Below, piece after piece: positions 10,801-24,000 of a stretch of DNA of 64,000 nt (position 1 is its first letter; each line of letters opens with the position of its first letter). A model generated the notes under the pieces. That model was not told the origin of the DNA and searched no databases. It was given only the letters and a program-made list of their open reading frames with translations. Source of the DNA: Eledone cirrhosa (Eukaryota); contig OZ024744.1 of the NCBI GenBank assembly GCA_964016885.1, forward strand, positions 106,826,001 through 106,890,000, read 5' to 3'. Position numbers and translations under genes: made by a program.

Positions 10801-13800
10801 ATCCTCAGTCATCTCTAGTGTGTGACACCATCACCCCTTCCTTCCTCAGTCATCTCTAGTGTGTGACGTCATCACCCCTTCTTTCCTCAGTCATCTCTAG
10901 TGTGTGACGTCATCACCCCTTCCTTCCTCAGCCATCTCTAGTGTGTGACACCATCACCCCTTCCGTCCTCAGTCATCTCTAGTGTGTGACGCCATCACCC
11001 CTTCTATCCTCAGTCATCTCTAGTGTGTGACGTCATCACCCCTTCCTTCCTCAGTCATCTCTAGTGTGTCACACCATCACCCCTTCCTTGCTCAGTCATC
11101 TCTAGTGTGTGACGCCATCACCCCTTCCTTCCTCAGTCATCTCTAGTGTGACGTCATCACCCCTTCCTTCCTCAGTCACCTCTAGTGTGTGATGTCATCA
11201 CCCCTTCCTTCCTCAGTCATCTCTAGTGTGTGATGTCTTCAACCCTTCCTTCCCGAGTCATCTCTAGTGTGTGACGTCACCACCCCTTCCTTCCTCAGTC
11301 ATCTCTAGTGTGTGACACCATCACCCCTTCCTTCCTCAGTCATCTCTAGTGTGTGACGCACCACCCCTTCCTTCCTCAGTCATCTCTAGTGTGTGACGTC
11401 ATCACCCATTCCTCTCTCAGTCATCTCTAGTATGTGACGTCACCACCCCTTCCTCCCTCAGTCATCTCTAGTGTGTGACGTCATCACCCCTTCCTGCCTC
11501 AGTCATCTCTAGTGTGTGACGTCACCACCCATTCCTTCCTCAGTCATCTCTAGTGTGTGACGCACCACCCCTTCCTTCCTCAGTCATCTGTAGTGTGTGA
11601 CGTCATCACCCCTTCCTCTCTCAGTCATCTCTAGTATGTGACGTCACCACCCCTTCCTCCCTCAGTCATCTCTAGTGTGTGACGTCATCACCCCTTACTC
11701 CCTCAGTCATCTATAGTGTGTGACGTCATCACCCCTTTCTTCCTCAGTCATCTTTAGTGTGTCACACCATCACCCCTTCCTTCCTCAGTCATCTCTAGTG
11801 TGTGACGTCATCAACCCTTCCTTCCTGTCATCTCTTGTGTGTGACGTCATCACCCCTTCCTCCCTCAGTCATCTCTAGTGTGTGACGTCATCAACCCTTC
11901 CTTCCTCAGTCATCTCTAGTGTGTGACGTCATCACCCCTTCATCCTCAGTCATCTCTAGTGTGTGACACCATCACCCCTTCCTTCCTCAGTCATCTCTAG
12001 TGTGTGACGTCATCACCCCTTCTTTCCTCAGTCATCTCTAGTGTGTGACGTCATCACCCCTTCCCTCCTCAGTCATCTCTAGTGTGTGACACCATCACCC
12101 CTTCCTTCCTCAGTCATCTCTAGTGTGTGACGTCATCACCCCTTCCTTCCTCAGCCATCTCTAGTGTGTGACACCATCACCCCTTCCTTCCTCAGTCATA
12201 TCTAGTGTGTGACGTCATCACCCCTTCATCCTCAGTCATCTCTAGTGTGTGACACAATCACCCCTTCCTTCCTCAGTCATCTCTAGTGTGTGACGTCATC
12301 ACCCCTTCTTTCCTCAGTCATCTCTAGTGTGTGACGTCATCACCCCTTCCCTCCTCAGTCATCTCTAGTGTGTGACACCATCACCCCTTCCTTCCTCAGT
12401 CATCTCTAGTGTGTGACGTCATCACCCCTTCCTTCCTCAGCCATCTCTAGTGTGTGACACCATCACCCCTTCCTTCCTCAGTCATATCTAGTGTGTGACG
12501 TCATCACCCCTTCATCCTCAGTCATCTCTAGTGTGTGACACCATCACCCCTTCCTTCCTCAGTCATCTATAGTGTGGGACGTCATCACCCCTTCATCCTC
12601 AGTCATCTCTAGTGTGTGACACCATCACCCCATCCTTCCTCAGTCATCTCTAGTGTGTGACGTCATCACCCCTTCTTTCCTCAGTCATCTCTAGTGTATG
12701 ACGTCATCACCCCTTCCCTCCTCAGTCATCTCTAGTGTGTGACACCATCACCCCTTCCTTCCTCAGTCATCTCTAGTGTGTGACGTCATCACCCCTTCCT
12801 TCCTCAGCCATCTCTAGTGTGTGACACCATCACCCCTTCCTTCCTCAGTCATATCTAGTGTGTGACGTCATCACCCCTTCCTTCCTCAGTCATCTATAGT
12901 GTGTGACACCATCACCCCTTCCTTCCTCAGTCATATCTAGTGTGTGACATCATCACCCCTTCCTTCCTCAGTCATCTCTAGTGTGTGACACCATCACCCC
13001 TTCCTTCCTCAGTCATCTCTAGTGTGTGACGTCATCACCCCTTCTTTCCTCAGTCATCTCTAGTGTGACGTCATCACCCCTTCCCTCCTCGCTCATCTCT
13101 AGTGTGTGACACCATCACCCCTTCTTTCCTCAGTCATCTCTAGTGTGTGACGTCATCACCCCTTCCTTCCTCAGCCATCTCTAGTGTGTGACACCATCAC
13201 CCCTTCCTTCCTCAGTCATCTCTAGTGTGTGACGTCATCACCCCTTCCTTCCTCAGTCATCTCTAGTGTGTGACGCCATCACCCCTTCCTTCCTCAGTCA
13301 TCTCTAGTGTGTGACGTCATCACCCCTTCCTCTCTGTCATCTCTAGTGTGTGACGTCATCACCCCTTCCTTCCTCAGTCATCTCTAGTGTGTGACGCCAT
13401 CACCCCTTCCTTCCACAGTCACCTCTAGTGTGTGACGTCATCACCCCTTCCTTCCTCAGTCACTTCTAGTGTGTGACGTCATCACCCCTTCCTTCCTCAG
13501 TCATCTATAGTGTGTGACACCATCACCCCTTCCTTCCTCAGTCATATCTAGTGTGTGACGTCATCACCCCTTCATCCTCAGTCATCTCTAGTGTGTGACA
13601 CCATCACCCCTTCCTTCCTCAGTCATCTCTAGTGTGTGACGCCATCACCCCTTCCTTCCTCAGTCACCTCTAGTGTGTGACGACATCACCCCTTCCTTCC
13701 TCAGTCACCTCTAGTGTGTGATGTCATCACCCCTTCCTCCCTCAGTCATCTCTAGTATGTGATGTCATCACCCCTTCCTTCCTCAGTCATCTCTAGTATG

Positions 13801-14990
13801 TGATGTCATCACCCCTTCCTTCCTCAGTCACCTCTAGTATGTGATGTCATCACCCCTTCCTCCCTCAGTCATCTCTAGTGTGTGACGTGATCACCCCTTC
13901 CTTCCTCAGTCATCTCTAGTATGTGATGTCATCACCCCTTCCTCCCTCAGCCATCTCTAGTGTGTGACACCATCACCCCTTCCTTCCTCAGTCACCTCTA
14001 GTGTGTGATGTCAACACCCCTTCCTTCCTCAGTCATCTCTAGTATGTGATATCATCACCCCTTCCTTCCTCAGTCATCTCTAGTATGTGATGTCATCACC
14101 CCTTCCTTCCTCAGTCATCTCTAGTATGTGATGTCATCACCCCTTCCTCCCTCAGTCATCTCTAGTATGTGATGTCATCACCCCTTCCTTCCTCAGTCAT
14201 CTCTAGTATGTGATGTCATCACCCCTTCCTTCCTCAGTCATCTCTAGTATGTGCCATCATCACCCCTTCCTTCCTCAGTCATCTCTAGTGTGACGTCATT
14301 ACCCCTTCCTTCCTCAGTCATCTCTAGTGTGTGATGTCTTCACCTCTTCCTTCCTCAGTCCTCTCTAGTGTGACGTCATTACCCCTTCCTTCCTCAGTCA
14401 TCTCTAGTATGTGATGTCATCACCCCTTCCTCCCTCAGTCATCTCTAGTATGTGATGTCATCACCCCTTCCTTCCTCAGTCATCTCTAGTGTGTGATGTC
14501 TTCACCCCTTCCTCCCTCAGTCATCTCTAGTGTGTGACGCCATCACCCCTTCCTCCCTCAGTCATCTATAGTGTGACGCCATCACCCTTCCTCCCTCAGT
14601 CATCTATAGTGTGTGACGTCATCACCCCTTCCTCCCTCAGTCATCTATAGTGTGTGACGCCATCACCCCTTCCTCCCTCAGTCATCTCTAGTGTGTGACG
14701 TCATCACCCCTTCCTCCCTCAGTCATCTCTAGTGTGACGCCATCACCCCTTCCTTCCTCAGTCATCTCTAGTGTGTGACGCCATCACCCCTTCCTCCCTC
14801 AGTCATCTATAGTGTGTGACGCCATCACCCCTTCCTCCCTCAGTCATCTCTAGTGTGTGACGTCATCACCCCTTCCTTCCTCAGTCATCTCTAGTGTGTG
14901 ACATCATCACCCCTTCCTTCCTCAGTCATCTCTAGTGTGTGACGCCATCACCCCTTCCTCCCTCAGTCATCTATAGTGTGTGACGTCATC
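4826..14990. repeat. Minisatellite, 41-bp unit, about 250 copies
   Basis: Unit catcaccccttccttcctcagtcatctctagtgtgtgacgt, with internal higher-order duplications. Confidence 0.97.
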
Positions 14991-15101
14991 ACATTGTGTG
15001 ACAGACGGATGGACAGAAGTTACTCAAATTTATATAATTTGTTTAGTCCTCTCCCTTCCGCCCATAATTACTTCGGAAATGTTACCTTTTATTCAATTTT
15101 T

Positions 15102-15152
15102 GCTGTCTGAAGAAATCACGGTATCTATCGTCATGGAAATATGTATAATGGC
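15102..15152 (+). ncRNA. Type I hammerhead ribozyme motif
   Basis: GCTGT-CTGAAGA-AATCACG..CGTCATG-GAA-ATATGTAT-A-ATGGC, followed by aataaaa and a gttgagtgct tail shared with other copies. Confidence 0.6.
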
Positions 15153-15299
15153 TCAATTAATAAAAGACTACCATCTACAACTTTGCATTTTTCGCTTTAT
15201 AATATACTCCGCCATCCTTATTTTAAAGAAGTAATATGACGTTGAGTGCTTGAAGTGAATTGCATCATTATATACCGAATGTGTGTGTGTATATATATA

Positions 15300-15632
15300 T
15301 CATCATCATTTTACGTCCGCTTTTTCCCTGCTTGCAAGGGTGGGATGGGAACCGATTCTGGCTTGATTTCTACAGCTGGATGCCCTTCCTAACACCAACC
15401 TCATTTACAGTGAGTGCTGGGTGCTTTTTTGCCGTGGCACCTACACGACCACTTTACAGTGGAATGATAGGGACCCCAGTCCCTATCATCTCATTTCTAC
15501 AGCTGAGTAAACTGGAGCAATGTGAAATAAAGTGTCTTGCTCAAGGAAACAACACATCACCCGGTCTGAGAATTGAACTCACAACCTTTCGATTGCAAGG
15601 CCAATGCTCTAACCACTAAGCCATGTGCCTCC
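15300..15632 (-). mobile_element. tRNA-derived SINE (CORE/Meta-like centre, RTE-type 3' tail)
   Basis: Minus strand ggaggcacatggcttagtggttagagc (A box), gagttcaattc (B box), ccttgagcaagacacttta, (atg)n tail. Near-identical to copies at 31836, 49102 and 53618. Confidence 0.85.
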
Positions 15633-15664
15633 ATAAATGTATAATATATATATATATATATATA

Positions 15665-15935
15665 GGAAGGTGTTAGGAAGGGCATCCAGCTGTAGAAAAC
15701 CCGCCAGACAGTCCACGCTGTAATGTGGCCGTGTAGGTAACATGGTAAAAACCTCCCAGCCCCACACTGTAAATGTGGTTGGTGTTAAGAAGGGCATCCA
15801 GCTGTAGAAAACCCGCCAGACAGTCCTATGCGAGCAAGACAATCACTCTTGCCTCAAGTGGGAAAACTCCCGTCCAAACCCATGCAAGCGTGGAACATGG
15901 ACGTTAAACGATGATGATGATGATGATGATGATGA
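15665..15935 (+). mobile_element. RTE-tail-derived short element
   Basis: gttaggaagggcatccagctgtagaaaa twice, ending ggacgttaaacgatgatgat. An inverted near-identical copy lies at about 53990-54240. Confidence 0.7.
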
Positions 15936-16085
15936 TATGTGTGTGTGTGTATGTATTTGTCTAGCCTGGTAACATGACAAACTGTCTAACCCATGCAAGC
16001 ATGAAAAATAGATGTTAAACAGTGACAATGATGATAATGATGGTGATAATGATGGTGATGATGATGAAATCAGCCAGTGACATAC

Positions 16086-16164
16086 CATCTTCGAGATCAG
16101 CCTTTTCTCTATCATCTTGGTAGACAATTGATGAACTGTTGTTCTGATCAGTCACTAAACTAAC
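16086..16164 (-). CDS. NEURL4: NEURL4 exon (post-NHR6 linker)
   Basis: Manual translation VSLVTDQNNSSSIVYQDDREKADLED, with the conserved EKAD motif. Acceptor tttttcag, donor gtatgt; phase 0/1. Confidence 0.85.
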
Positions 16165-16301
16165 CTGAAAAACAGGACAGGATGTTATTGGAGATCAATG
16201 AAATCAATGTCATATATGAACACAAAATAGAATGATAGAATATAAAGAGTTATGCATGGATACACACACACACATACACACACACACATACATACATACA
16301 T

Positions 16302-16342
<41 letters not shown>

Positions 16343-16479
16343 GAGAGAGATGTTATCCTTATCAGAAAATGAAATAGATTGATTGTTGTAATAAACATAA
16401 AGTCTCTTTCTGGTGAGGAACGCCACACCCAACATAACCTAGTAGTTAGTGACTTTATAGTACGAGATAACTCAAAATC

Positions 16480-17920
16480 AAAGACAAAAAGCAACTTGGA
16501 GGAGAAAGGTATGGAAGTTGAAGGAGCCCTCAGACAGTAACAAATCTAGAGGTATCTTCCTTCATGTTTTTAATAGTAAGCAAGAAAAACAGACTTACAA
16601 TCTAAAGGAACATTGGAAGTTCCTGAGAGATAAACTACTGAAAACCACAGAGAAGATCTGTGGCTAGAGCCGGTCTCTAGGGAGAAGGAAAGTGATTTGG
16701 TGGTGGAATAGTATGGTGGATGAAACAATTAAAGCCAAGAGACATGCATGGAAAGAATGGAAGAATGGGAGTAGTAGAGAGCACTACCAGGAAGGCAGGA
16801 GAGAAGCTAAACGATACGTATATTTTGCAAGAGACAAGGCAGAAAATAAAAGATTTTGTGACAGAAGAACAGAAGATGTGAGGGGTTCAGGATTGTGAGG
16901 CAGTGTGCCAGGAAAAATTGTGATGTTGCTGGGGAGAGGTATATCCCAGATGATAATGGTGCAATTGCCCTCACAAACGCTGAAAAGAAGGTAGCATGGC
17001 AGTACCACTATGAAAGACTACTGAATGAGGAGAATGCATAGAAGGAAGATAGTCTGCTCCGAGTGGACTCAACAGAGGAACCAGCTGTACAAGTCAGCAG
17101 TAGTATCGTAATTAAGGCCATTATGGCTATGAAGAGAGGTAAAGCAGTTGGACCTTCTGGGATAGTTGCTGTGATGCTGAAAGCATCTGGGATGGTAGGT
17201 CACACCTTAAGCACCCATATTGTAAACCATATAATACAGAAAGGTGTCATACCTAATGACTGGTGTAGCAGTATCATTGTCAACTGCTACAAAGGCAAAG
17301 GAGATGCACTAGAGGGATTAAGTTGATGTACCAGAACATGAAAGTAGAGTTATCACACAGCTGATTAGGGACCAAGTTAACCTAGATGAGATGAAGTTTG
17401 GATATGTGCTAGGCAAAAGCACTACTGATGCCCTCTTCCATGTAAGACAACTGCAGGAGAGGTATCTAACTAAAAGTAGAGGGCTACTTAGCCTTTGTTG
17501 ATCTGGAAAAACAAAAACAGAATGCCTAGTTCTAGTCTCAGTGCCTGACAGGCTGATGATGTACTCCATAACCTACTACACCCATTACACTGTATACATG
17601 CATCAAAAGCAGGACATGCTCCACACCTGATCTCCCACGGCACCAAAAGCATCCTGTCCATCCTATGAGGTGGCCGTGTTGGTATCACGACAAAAAGCAC
17701 CCAGTCCACACTATAAAGTGGTCATGTAGGTGTCACAACAAAAAGACCCAGTACTCACTGTAAATGAAGTTGGCGTTAGGAAGGGCATCCAACCATAGAA
17801 ACCAAGCCAAAATCCATTCTGTATGAGCATGACGAGGTCACCCGATTTGCCTCAAATAGGAAAACTTGTCTAATCCATGCTAGCATGGAAAATGGACATT
17901 AAACGATGATGATGATGATA
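16480..17920 (+). mobile_element. RTE-clade LINE remnant (RT N-terminal part and 3' tail)
   Basis: WWWNSMVDETIKAKRHAWKEWK and KAIMAMKRGKAVGPSGI...IPNDWCSSIIVNCYKGKGD, with stops and frameshifts; tail gttggcgttaggaagggcatcc...(gat)n. Confidence 0.8.
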
Positions 17921-18729
17921 AAAAAACACACACATGCACCCTGCAATATATATATATTGTAGGCCCCCTTCGGTCACTAATGACCATGGGATTTGCACCT
18001 AGAAAGTTCCCCTCAGAAGTGCAAGCCTGGGCAAGGTGTGTTTGTGGAAGACCAGCAGTGACCCATGTACTCCCCTCTCCATGCCACTGATGTTGTCCAA
18101 GAGAAAGGCAATGGCTGATACAGCTTGGCACCAGTAACATCACAATACATTTCTACAGTTGAGTGAACTGGAGCAATGTGAAATAAAGTGTCTTGAACAC
18201 AAACACACCACCTGGTCCGGGATTCAAACTCACAACTTTATGATTGTGAGTTTGATGCTCTAATCACTAAGCCACACCTACATACACACACATACAGTTA
18301 TTTTTCCATTTAAGTCAGGAATTGCCTCTGAGGACCGCCTCATGTTATGCGGTCAATCTTCAGACAATGTCTTATAACCAGATCCTCTTCCTGGCACCAA
18401 ACCTCTAGTAGAGAATGAGGTTATATAAAAGATTCTTTGAAAAACATAAACTGCAGATATTTAGTCTAATGCTCACCGGTTGAGTTCACCATTGAAGACA
18501 GAAAACTTGGTGGTTGAATAGTTTTCAATAATGACTGTTCCAGTTGATTAAACAACAATATGTTAGTCAAGAAACATTCTACAGACACGTGTATCAATAA
18601 AACAATAACAATAATAATAACAACACCACCACCACTACCATCAACAACAAAAACACATCAACAACTGCAACAACACCACAAATATCAACAAGCACAGTAA
18701 GAGTGGTTGTAAAAGATGCTATAATTTAC

Positions 18730-18909
18730 CTGTTCACACTGACCATAAAGATCAATAAGACCATAACAAGGGTTCGGAATATCTCTAGCTGCTATGCCTT
18801 GGTCTAAACCATTCACATATAGATGTAGAGAATTATCGTCATCAATTAATATACCAACTACATGTCCGCACTGTAAAGTATCAAGATTGGGGCCATAGCA
18901 CTGCTTCAC
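18730..18909 (-). CDS. NEURL4: NEURL4 exon (NHR6 C-terminal part)
   Basis: VKQCYGPNLDTLQCGHVVGILIDDDNSLHLYVNGLDQGIAARDIPNPCYGLIDLYGQCEQ. Acceptor tcttgtag, donor gtaaat. Confidence 0.94.
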
Positions 18910-18918
18910 CTACAAGAG

Positions 18919-20788
18919 ACAACACATTACTGTCAACACCATATGTCAGACCACATTACTGTCAACACCATATGTCACAACACATTACTGTCAACACCAT
19001 ATGTCACAACACATTACTGTCAACACCATATGTCACAACACATTACTGTCAACACCATATGTCACAACACATTACTGTCAACACCATATGTCACAACACA
19101 TTACTGTCAACACCATATGTCACAACACATTACTGTCAACACCATATGTCACAACACATTACTGTCAACACCATATGTCACAACACATTACTGTCAACAC
19201 CATATGTCAGACCACATTACTGTCAACACCATATGTCAGACCACATTACTGTCAACACCATATGTCACAACACATTACTGTCAACACCATATGTCACAAC
19301 ACATTACTGTCAACACCATATGTCAGACCACATTACTGTCAACACCATATGTCAGACTACATTACTGTCAACACCATATGTCACAACACATTACTGTCAA
19401 CACCATATGTCACAACACATTACTGTCAACACCATATGTCACAACACATTACTGTCAACACCATATGTCACAACACATTACTGACAACACCATATGTCAC
19501 AACACATTACTGTCAACACCATATGTCACAACACATTACTGTCAACACCATATGTCAGACCACATTACTGTCAACACCATATGTCACAACACATTACTGT
19601 CAACACCATATGTCACAACACATTACTGTCAACACCATATGTCACAACACATTACTGTCAACACCATATGTCACAACACATTACTGTCAACACCATATGT
19701 CACAACACATTACTGTCAACACCATATGTCACAACACATTACTGTCAACACCATATGTCAGACCACATTTCTGTCAACACCATATGTCACAACACATTAC
19801 TGTCAACACCATATGTCACAACACATTACTGTCAACACCATATGTCACAACACATTACTGTCAACACCATATGTCACAACACATTACTGTCAACACCATA
19901 TGTCACAACACATTACTGTCAACACCATATGTCACAACACATTACTGTCAACACCATATGTCAGACCACATTACTGTCAACACCATATGTCACAACACAT
20001 TACTGTCAACAACATATGTCAGACCACATTACTGTCAACACCATATGTCACAACACATTACTGTCAACACCATATGTCACAACACATTACAGTCAATACC
20101 ATATGTCAGACTACATTACTGTCAACACCGTATGTCAGACCACATTACTGTCAACACCATATGTCACAACACATTACTGTCAACACCATATGTCACAACA
20201 CATTACTGTCAACACCATATGTCACAACAAATTACTGTCAACACCATATGTCAGACCACATTTCTGTCAACACCGTATGTCACAACACATTACTGTCAAC
20301 ACCATATGTCCCAACACATTACTGTCAACACCATACGTCAGACCACATTACTGTCAACACCATATGTCACAACACATTACTGTCACCACCATATGTCACA
20401 ACACATTACTGTCAACACCATATGTCACAACACATTACTGTCAACACCATATGTCACAACACATTACTGTCAACACCATATGTCAGACCACATTACTGTC
20501 AACACCGTATGTCACAACACATTACTGTCAACACCATATGTCACAACACATTACTGTCAACAACATAAGTCACAACACATTACTGTCAACAACATATGTC
20601 ACAACACATTACTGTCAACACCATATGTCACAACACATTACTGTCAACACCATATGTCACAACACATTACTGTCAACAACATATGTCACAACACATTACT
20701 GTCAACACCATATGTCACAACACATTACTGTCAACAACATATGTCACAACACATTACTGTCAACAACATATGTCACAACACATTACTG
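18919..20788. repeat. Minisatellite, 29-bp unit, about 64 copies
   Basis: Unit acaacacattactgtcaacaccatatgtc; begins about 9 nt from the exon acceptor. Confidence 0.97.
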
Positions 20789-21046
20789 ATGATAAGACCA
20801 CATAACTAAGATGATAACACCTGGGTTTAGTCACACTGTGTCACACCTAGGGGGAAACGTCTTTATTATAGCGTTAGGTTGCCGAATGACTTGAGTGGAT
20901 TTGGTTGATGGAAACTGCAAAGCCTGTTATATGTGTATGTGGGGTGGGGGTGGGGCGGGGTGCAAGTCACTGTTTATGTCCCATAACTAAATAGTTCAAC
21001 AAAATATGAGATTGATAAAAACCAGATTTGAAGAGAAACTGTGGCC

Positions 21047-24000
21047 AGAGGAGAAAACAGTAGAGTGGTGCTCCAGTGTGGCAACAGTCTAATGAGGAGA
21101 AACAGTAGAGTGGTGCTCCAGTGTGGCAACAGTCTAATGAGGAGAAACAGTAGAGTGGTGTTCCAGTGTGGCAACAGTCTAATGAGGGCAAACAGTAGAG
21201 TGGTGCTCCAGTGTGGCAACAGTCTAATGAGGAGAATCAGTAGAGTGGTGCTCCAGTGTGGCAACAGTCTAATGAGGAGAAACAGTAGAGTGGTGCTCCA
21301 GTGTGGCAACAGTCTAATGAGGAGAAACAGTAGAGTGGTGCTCCAGTGTGGCAACAGTCTAATGAGGAGAAACAGTAGAGTGGTGCTCCAGTGTGGCAAC
21401 AGTCTAATGAGGAGAAACAGTAGAGTGGTACTCCAGTGTGGCAACAGTCTAATGAGGAGAAACAGTAGAGTGGTGCTCCAGTGTGGCAACAGTCTAATGA
21501 GGAGAAACAGTAGAGTGGTGCTCCAGTGTGGCAACAGTCTAATGAGGGGAAACAGTAGAGTGGTGTTCCAGTGTGGCAACAGTCTAATGAGGGGAATCAG
21601 TAGAGTGGTGTTCCAGTGTGGCAACAGTCTAATGAGGGGAAACAGTAGAGTGGTGCTCCAGTGTGGCAACAGTCTAATGAGGGGAATCAGTAGAGTGGTG
21701 CTCCAGTGTGGCAACAGTCTAATGAGGGGAATCAGTAGAGTGGTGCTCCAGTGTGGCAACAGTCTAATGAGGGGAATCAGTAGAGTAGTGCTCCAGTGTG
21801 GCAACAGTCTAATGAGGGGAATCAGTAGAGTGGTGCTCCAGTGTGGCAACAGTCTAATGAGGGGAATCAGTAGAGTGGCGCTCCAGTGTGGCAACAGTCT
21901 AATGAGGGGAATCAGTAGAGTGGTGCTCCAGTGTGGCAACAGTCTAATGAGGGGAATCAGTAGAGTGGTGTTCCAGTGTGGCAACAGTCTAATGAGGAGA
22001 AACAGTAGAGTGGTGCTCCAGTGTGGCAACAGTCTAATGAGGGGAATCAGTAGAGTGGTGTTCCAGTGTGGCAACAGTCTAATGAGGGGAATCAGTAGAA
22101 TGGTGCTCCAGTGTGGCAACAGTCTAATGAGGAGAAACAGTAGAGTGGTGCTCCAGTGTGGCAACAGTCTAATGAGGAGAAACAGTAGAGTGGTGCTCCA
22201 GTGTGGCAACAGTCTAATGAGGAGAAACAGTAGAGTGGTGCTCCAGTGTGGCAACAGTCTAATGAGGGGAATCAGTAGAGTGGTGCTCCAGTGTGGCAAC
22301 AGTCTAATGAGGGGAATCAGTAGAGTGGTGCTCCAGTGTGGCAACAGTCTAATGAGGAGAAACAGTAGAGTGGTGCTCCAGTGTGGCAACAGTCTAATGA
22401 GGGGAAACAGTAGAGTGGTGTTCCAGTGTGGCAACAGTCTAATGAGGAGAATCAGTAGATTGTGGTTCCAGTGTGGCAACAGTTTAATGAGGGGAATCAG
22501 TAGAGTGGTGCTCCAGTGTGGCAACAGTCTAATGAGGACAAACAGTAGAGTGGTGTTCCAGTGTGGCAACAGTCTAATGAGGGGAATCAGTAGAGTGGTG
22601 CTCCAGTGTGGCAACAGTCTAATGAGGAGAAACAGTAGAGTGGTGTTCCAGTGTGGCAACAGTCTAATGAGGAGAAACAGTAGAGTGGTGCTCCAGTGTG
22701 GCAACAGTCTAATGAGGGGAATCAGTAGAGTGGTGCTCCAGTTTGGCAACAGTCTAATGAGGGGAATCAGTAGAGTGGTGCTCCAGTGTGGCAACAGTCT
22801 AATGAGGGGAATCAGTAGAGTGGTGCTCCAGTGTGGCAACAGTCTAATGAGGAGAAACAGTAGAGTGGTGTTCCAGTGTGGCAACAGTCTAATGAGGGGA
22901 ATCAGTAGAGTGGTGCTCCAGTGTGGCAACAGTCTAATGAGGAGAAACAGTAGAGTGGTGTTCCAGTGTGGCAACAGTCTAATGAGGGGAATCAGTAGAG
23001 TGGTGCTCCAGTGTGGCAACAGTCTAATGAGGGGAAACAGTAGAGTGGTGTTCCAGTGTGGCAACAGTCTAATGAGGAGAAACAGTAGAGTGGTGCTCCA
23101 GTGTGGCAACAGTCTAATGAGGAGAAACAGTAGAGTGGTGCTCCAGTGTGGCAACAGTCTAATGAGGGGAATCAGTAGAGTGGTGCTCCAGTGTGGCAAC
23201 AGTCTAATGAGGAGAAACAGTAGAGTGGTGCTCCAGTGTGGCAACAGTCTATCTAATGAGGGGAAACAGTAGAGTGGTGCTCCAGTGTGGCAACAGTCTA
23301 ATGAGGGGAATCAGTAGAGTGGTGCTCCAGTTTGGCAACAGTCTAATGAGGGGAAACAGTAGAGTGGTGCTCCAGTGTGGCAACAGTCTAATGAGGGGAA
23401 TCAGTAGAGTGGTGCTCCAGTATGGCAACAGTCTAATGAGGGGAATCAGTAGAGTGGTGCTCCAGTGTGGCAACAGTCTAATGAGGAGAAACAGTAGAGT
23501 GGTGCTCCAGTGTGGCAACAGTCTAATGAGGGGAATCAGTAGAGTGGTGCTCCAGTTTGGCAACAGTCTAATGAGGGGAATCAGTAGAGTGGTGCTCCAG
23601 TGTGGCAACAGTCTAATGAGGAGAAGCAGTAGAGTGGTGCTCCAGTGTGGAAACAGTCTAATGAGGAGAAACAGTAGAGTGGTGCTCCAGTGTGGCAACA
23701 GTCTAATGAGGGGAATCAGTAGAGTGGTGCTCCAGTGTGGCAACAGTCTAATGAGGAGAAACAGTAGAGTGGTGCTCCAGTGTGGCAACAGTCTAATGAG
23801 GGGAATCAGTAGAGTGGTGCTCCAGTGTGGCAACAGTCTAATGAGGAGAAACAGTAGAGTGGTGCTCCAGTGTGGCAACAGTCTAATGAGGGGAATCAGT
23901 AGAGTGGTGCTCCAGTGTGGAAACAGTCTAATGAGGAGAAACAGTAGAGTGGTGCTCCAGTGTGGCAACAGTCTAATGAGGGGAATCAGTAGAGTGGTGC

